DNA of 64,000 nt, taken from contig JAIVFI010000010.1 of NCBI GenBank assembly GCA_025558095.1, forward strand, positions 434,001 to 498,000, in the 5' to 3' direction. Positions 58,001 through 64,000 of the stretch are shown here, one piece after another; the stretch's first letter is position 1; each line of letters opens with the position of its first letter. The notes under the pieces were generated by a model. It was not told where the DNA came from. It worked only from the letters and a program-made list of their open reading frames with translations, and searched no databases. This DNA is from Hyaloraphidium curvatum SAG 235-1 (taxonomy: Eukaryota; Fungi; Monoblepharomycota). The position numbers and the translations under genes are program-made.

Positions 58001-59265
58001 CGGCCGTCACCGAGAAATCGTAAAGTCCGGGCATCAGCGGCGAGGTCTGGTACTGCGGATGCTTGACGGATCCCATGTTGTTCGTGGTCGACTTCCCGTG
58101 CCCAATCGGGTGCACAGTCATGGTGACGTTGTAGAACTTGACGCCAAGCTGCGCGTGGAACAGTCAGGAGCGGTTGAAACGATGGAAGCAGTGAGAACCC
58201 ACGTTCTCTGCTTCTGAGCACGTCCACCGGAGCCAATAGATGGTGTCGCCTCGATGCCGGTCCGTGACCTTCGTTCCGAATATCTAGACGTGACCCATAA
58301 TGGCATCAAGCGCCTCGGGAACAAACAGGACACAAGCACACCTCTGGCTGCGTACACCTGTGCGGAACGCCGCCCATGAGCCTGAATCTGGGAGCTTGCG
58401 GCCCGTCCGGAGTTGCAGGCGTCGCCTTTTGCTGCGCCCGGGTCGCGCGCTGCTGATCGCTCTTCGAGTCGTAGTGGTCGTCGGTCTTTGGCCGATGAGC
58501 TTTCACGAACTCCGCATGGTCATTCAGCTGCAGGTATTTCTTCCGCAACGATGTGTCCGAAAGCACGGCGTAAGCTTCCTTTAGCTCCTGGAAACGGCGC
58601 GTGTCGGCCTCGGTGCTATGCGGGAGCCTGTCGGGGTGCATCCGAAGCGAGAGGGAACGGTACGACTTCTTCACGGCTTCGAAAATGGCAGCGTCCAACG
58701 ACTCCTCCTCCTTTCGCAACTCTTCCATTGCCTTGTCGAGCGTCTGCACCTGCACGCGAGCCGAGTAGAGATCCGAGTTCGTCTTGGCAAAGGCCTGCAG
58801 CGGGCTCATCCCCGGATACAACTCCGCCATGGTCTGCACGGTTTTGGAGAGCGTTTCCTTCTGCTTATCTGCTCAGATCAGTTCCAAAGGCAGATCTTTA
58901 TGAGAAGAGTCCACCAGACAGGAGATCAGACGCCTACCGAACTTGGTCCTGTCTCCTACCTCGTCCCGCGAAGTCGCCTTCTTCTTCGCGGCGGCCGCCT
59001 TGACCTCTTCCTCGAGTTGCTTCCATTTCGTCGTTGCCTTGTGCCGTTCCTCCGCGTCCTTGGCCGCCTGCCTCGCGGCGACGTGCTCATGGGCGAGTTT
59101 GAGCTGCGAGCTTACAACCCCGAAAAGCTTCCGATACGCGTCCGAGAAAGCGGCATCCGCGTCAAGCTCCAACGTGCGAAAGTACGGAAGAACGGCCGGC
59201 TCGCTGCCGTCCCCCGCCCGGGCGGTGGGCCCATCGGACCGAGCGGAGCTCGCGTTCTTTGACAT
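55037..59265 (-). CDS. Multidomain protein: J-domain, FN3-like, CCCH-like, SAM, U-box
   Basis: VKKSYRSLSLRMHPDR...FQELKEAYAVLSD; PGLYDFSVTAVN...GEPS; LSDFLRTVGLARFVQLFEEHEFDM...LPLGP; FVCPIT|IMSHPVVAPDGYTYQEDAIRNWL...TSPMT...LTPNYALR. Confidence 0.82.
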
Positions 59266-59561
59266 TCTGTCCCGGCTCTCCCGACCCTCGCCGGCACCGT
59301 TCAGACCTCAAATCAGCGACAGCTGTCAAGCAAAAAGGCGCATCGCCCTGTGCCGTTCTTCTCTCTCTACTTGAGGCGGGTGGGGCGCTTCTTGCTCCAT
59401 GCTCGCGGAGCCGCAGGTTTGATCAATTCAAATACCGCGCCAATGACAAAGATTTCATTCATAATCCAATGAGAAAACCAACTGGTTTGTACAGACGGCT
59501 CCTGCAGCCATCGCAGGCTCTTGATCTGCCGCAGCGTCTCCCTAAGCATGGCGTCGTGCGG

Positions 59562-60780
59562 CTACCGTAGGCTCTTGAGCATCCGCGTCGTCTCCCGCAA
59601 CATAGAGGCCTTGTCGTTCCAGTCCCTCCTCAGCCCGGCAAGCTGCTGCTGCGCCTGGCTCTTGCGCCACTCGTTGTTGCCCCTCGCCACATCCTCCTTC
59701 TCGGCGATCTTGCCCTGCAGCTCCGCCAGCTCCGACTCGAGCCGGGCCAGCCGCTCTTGCAGCTCCGCGCGCCTCGCCGCCTCCTCGTCCTCGCCACTCT
59801 CGTCTTCCTCATCCTCGTCCTCGTCCTCCGATCCGTCCCGGTCCTCGCCCGAAGCTTCGTCCGCAATCCCCATCTCCAAGTCATTCGCCAGCCTGTCCTC
59901 GTCGAAATCGTCCGAGTCGTCGCCGCCAGCTTCAGTGCCACCATCCTCGACCACGTTGCGGGGAACGGCGCGCCACTGCGTCGTCACCTCGAAGGCGAGC
60001 TTGTCCTTGCGAAGCAGACGCTCTACCTCCTTCTCCACCGATTCGATTTGCTTGGAAAATGAGGCGGTCAGTACAAAGAGTCTCGAGCAACGAAAGCAAT
60101 CAGCGCACCTTCTTGATCTGAGGTTTCCGAAACCGTCTGTTCACCACGTTCTTGAGCGGAGGCGTCAGCCCATCCTTCAGCTCGTATTCCTCTTTCCCCG
60201 GTTCCGGCAGGTCCTGCGCGGCCGGCGGCTCCATTCCTTCGACCACAAGCACCTGGTGCACGTCCGCAATCTTCCACCATTGCACCCTATCGTGGCTTTT
60301 CCACGACTCGACAACGGCGGGCAGGTCCTTGAGCGTTGCGCGGTAGCTGTGACCGTCCAGGGAGACAGTTGCTCGGCGATCCGAATGGAAGCGCACACGA
60401 AAGGTTTCCGGAGGCGGCGCCTGGCCGTCTGCGATCAGGGAACGGAAGCGGTCCGCCATCTCGGGGTCCGGGAGGCGCAAGACAAAGTGCTGCTCGGCGC
60501 GGTCTTCGTCGCCGCCGATAACGCGTCCGCCGACCTTGAGCTTTATGTTTGTGATCTGTTTCGGCTGCCTCCGCGCCTGACGCTTGGGTTTCGGGCCCGA
60601 CGGTGGAGATGCGCCCACAGGAGGCGGGGAACGCGGGGTAGGAGCCGGCTTAGCCCGCGTCTGCCGCACTGTCGAAGGCAGCGCGCGCGCATATTGGCCG
60701 CCAGGCGTGGCCGCACCGCCTTCTACGGGCCACGGCGAACCCGGGACCGCCGATGGGCTGAACGGCGCTGGGCTCTCCAT
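59562..60780 (-). CDS. TAF7: TFIID subunit TAF7
   Basis: EQHFVLRLP, LKDLPAVVESWKSHD...KIADVHQVL, GLTPPLKNVVNRRFRK, VEKEVERLL, acidic tract and coiled coil; one intron. Confidence 0.93.
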
Positions 60781-60953
60781 GCTGGCGACCCTTCCGCGCG
60801 TTCAAAAGCAATCCCAACGACGAAGATTGTAGCGGTTACTGGCTCAAAGGTGCCGAATCCATAGCATTGAGGCAAAGTAAAGCGGAGTAGAGGATTGCGA
60901 TTTCCTGGTTTGGGGACCTGCACCCAGACTCATACAGTATAAATGGGTAAAGG

Positions 60954-61973
60954 TCACCATAAGGTCCCCAGAGCGGGGTCGGGTCGGGGCGTCCGCAAAA
61001 GAATCGACAAATCTAAAAAGAGAATTAAGGTCAAATCTACAGAGAGAATTAAAGTCATACATGTCTGTCTCTGACTCTGTCCGCGATGGACGCCCCTGTC
61101 GGCGTTAAGGAGTTCAAATACTCGGGAGAGACGCTCGAGCTGCGGCTTCAGCGAAGCGGAGCTGAAAGATTTACTGCTCAACGTCATCCGAAAGATCCTG
61201 GATGTTCAAGAGCATGTTTTTTTCCTTCAGCGCTAGTCCCCCAGCATCCATGTCATCGCGGACGCTGGGCTTCGCAAGAGTCGAGCTCAAAACCCCCTTC
61301 GTCGCATTGATGCACGTGGAATGGTCGAGCGGTACTTTCCGCCCGGGTCCTTGTTCAACGTTGTACCTGTCGTTGACGATTCTCTGCAGACGCCAACGAA
61401 CGACACCTTTGTCGAGGTCCGCGAGGCTTTTCAATTGGAATACCGGCGACTTGGTTTGGTCATGAAGAGGAGCATGCAAGAGGAATAGCTTCAGTGCCAA
61501 GTGTGCTGTTTTGAGCATTGTTAGCGCCCCAACTGCATCGCCTACGGCTGAAACTTACTAAACAATGCTTGATACAGGGCGATACGAGCAATCTCTTCGG
61601 CTTTCTCCACGACGTCGTGCATCTCGTCCAGCAGAATGCATTGGTCCTTCTCACTTGGCCAAGAGTTGGTTCTCGCCATCAGTTCGACTTGCTCTGCGAG
61701 GGGCAAGGCCCTCCGAAGGCTCCCATGTGCGCCAGTTTTGGACAATCGAGGATCCGTAGCGACGTGGATTAATGAGGTGATGTGACGCTGGTGTTCAAAA
61801 GTGGATTGGAAGTCCATGCTGTTCCCCCATAGCTTCGTGGTCGGTGCCTGGGGTCGGACTTTTCTGAAGCGTCCTAAAAGCCTTGACTGCACCACGACGC
61901 TTCTGTCCGGTGCGCCGCCCGTGGTCTGGTAGCGGGGCCCGTCATTGCGCGCACGGTAAAGTGAGCCCGACAT
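60954..61973 (-). CDS. Orphan helical protein (gene B), spliced
   Basis: ORF segments joined by a canonical intron (GTAAGT...GCTAAC...CAG at ~61559-61507) and probably two more. Start may instead be ATG 62339 inside the inverted repeat. Confidence 0.5.
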
Positions 61974-62055
61974 GGGCGGAACGTGGGAGGAAGTAGTTGG
62001 CAGAAGAGGGTGCACCAACTCGCTCGACGCAAGCGAAGGCCTTGGAAAGAACGGG

Positions 62056-64000
62056 GCGCAAACAACGGAGGGCGTTGCGCCCGGGCAGCCGCAGCCGCTC
62101 CCCCGCTGCCGCCCAGATGGAGACGATGCCGGCGCGAGCGCCGTGCGGGGCTTTCGCGGGCCCGAGGAACCGGCGCGGGCCTGTGTTTGGGCGAGGATTC
62201 GGGGGTTGTTGTGATGGTGAACGCACGTGCTTGAAAGTTGAAGTACATCCGGCGATCTACCATCTCGCATCCTCGACCCCGAACGAGCACCTGGGGAAAC
62301 CACGTTGGACAACGTTACGACTGGTTCCCGGTCTACCATGCCGGGATTCGCGCAGGTAGAGCGCGATGCAGCTCAGGCGCAGTCCTCGGTGGATGCGGGT
62401 GCGGGATCGAGCGATTTGAGATCCCAGGCCAGGAAGAGCGCGACCCCTCGGGAAGTAGCCTCCGCGATGGCCTCCAATTGCGGCTCAGCGCCCGAGCGAA
62501 GTCCGCGCACGGTCGCAGATCCTTCTGCGGTCGCACATTTCTGCTGCGTCGCCACTTCGCGCTGCCCAGAGCTTGAAGATCCAGAGCCCGTAAGCGCCGG
62601 AGCCATGGATTCGGCGACGCGTCACGGAAATGCTGCCGCTGACCGGGAACGCGTAGGCAGCCGAGGGGATCGGAGCTTGCAGCACCACCGCGCACTTCCG
62701 CACAGCACACATTCTAATGCTGGAGCGATCCCCAATTCGAGGAGGCATTTGTCTAGACTTGCAGGAAATCCTTTGGTGGTCGGACGTTCGATCCCCGGGT
62801 GGAGGTGGTGGGCGGTTGCCGGACACGGTGGAAGATCCTGGGTACGAAAGGCATTTTCGAGGCGGATAAGAGAAGCAATGGTTGAGAAATGTATTCCTGC
62901 CACGCGGGGAGAAGAGACCAGAATTCGGAGGTGAGCAACAGACTCTCCAACTGAGCTCTCGAACTTAGCTCTCGAACTGACGCATCCTGAAACAGCCATC
63001 ACCAATCGAACACAGCCTCGTTGGCACGAATGCGGTGTCTGGCCCGTCGCTCTTTTGTGTGTCCGGTCGGCGCAACTTGCCGAACGTTGCGGAGGCAACC
63101 AGCCTGCTCGAATCCAGCCTCGCACATCAGACCGCCTCCGTCCTCCGATCACCGGCGGCTTCCGGTTTCCACAAGCCGCACGCGGATCAAGTGATCGCTG
63201 GCCAGGACGCGGAGGCCTTGCCGTTCCCAGGCTTCAAAACGCCCCGTTCCGAGGTTGGTATCGATGTTGTAGCGGATGCTGCGGTCGTCGAGCTCCTTCT
63301 TTGCGCGGATCAGCCTGTCCTTTGCCTTCGTCGTCACGGCGGGATCGATGCAGAGGAAGCGGGACAGCTTCGGCATGGCCTCGATGATACCCTGCAGCCA
63401 CTCCATCTTGAACCCGCGCGAACGGATCTCGAGCCAGCGGAGATGCGGCACTGCACCGGCAGGCAGGGCCTTGAGGGCGGCGTACGCTTGCGCCTCGCCG
63501 CTCCTTCTTCAGCAGGTCGCGAATCTGTCCAAAGAAGAGCTTGCCGGGCTGGAAGAGCCCGTTCTTCAGAGAATCGCCCAGGATCATAGCTTCAAGAGCC
63601 GGCAGCTCGGCAACCTGTCGCAACAGCGTGCAGAGCCCCTCCATGCGGTCGGCATCGATGGGCACAATGAGCTCCAGGCTGACCAGGGCGGCCGGCAGCA
63701 GGCCGACGATGCCGACATCGTAACAAGACGCGAAGCGGACGGTCGAGAGCGAGGCCCACCAACGAACGTGCAGCGACGCAAGCATTCTCAGAAATCCACG
63801 ATTCTTCGCTCGTAGTCAGCGACTGCAGCGGCAGTGCCCGCACGGCGGCCATCTCGAGGGCAGACAGCATCCGCCCGGCGACGTTGAGGCGCCGCAGGCT
63901 CCGGAAACGCGTCAACGCAACGCCGACTTCCCCGGCATCCGGCTCGACCCCGGCTGCAGCACGTGCGGGCGACAGCGGCATCGCAAGCTCGTCGAGATCG
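62056..64000 (-). repeat. Long inverted repeat, right arm (runs off the window)
   Basis: Mirror of 52017-53961; identity continues to the last base of the window. Confidence 0.97.
63149..64000 (-). pseudogene. Second copy of the frameshifted F-box/LRR-like gene (3' part)
   Basis: Same ORF fragments and same frame breaks as 52017-52868. Confidence 0.7.

Noticed and set aside
53962-62055. Calling the cassette a mating-type locus
   Set aside because: No HMG-box, homeodomain, pheromone or receptor gene is recognisable; only the architecture is reminiscent.

Overview
GC-rich, gene-dense eukaryotic DNA with short (mostly ~50-60 nt) GT-AG introns and GCTRAC/GCTCAC branch points. The gene content (Zn2Cys6 factor, TOK-type K+ channel, SSZ1, IDO) indicates a fungus, probably an early-diverging chytrid/monoblepharid-like lineage (inference). 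About 30 genes are supported. Housekeeping genes are KAE1, ELP3, RPL8/eL8, an ADP/ATP carrier, SSZ1 and TAF7. There are many ubiquitin-system adaptors (six F-box-like genes, BTB, ANK-RING, J-domain/SAM/U-box), two Cys-rich surface proteins and metabolic enzymes. Most notable: (1) an apparently identical inverted repeat of at least 1.9 kb (52017-53961 / 62056-64000) encloses an 8.1-kb block containing TAF7 and puts the same upstream sequence in front of two unrelated inward-facing orphan genes, a candidate invertible cassette; (2) an intronless bacterial-looking block at 4.0-7.4 kb holds a divergent PhnD-like binding protein / desaturase-like pair; (3) an actinobacterial-type 2H phosphoesterase is fused to a SAM methyltransferase; (4) a J-domain-FN3-SAM-U-box protein; (5) paralogous F-box-like proteins carry a nucleotidyltransferase-like motif; (6) unusually long, structured introns sit in SSZ1 and RPL8; (7) an unclassified dispersed repeat occurs twice in opposite orientation. 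All calls are from motif recognition by eye; no database searches were run.
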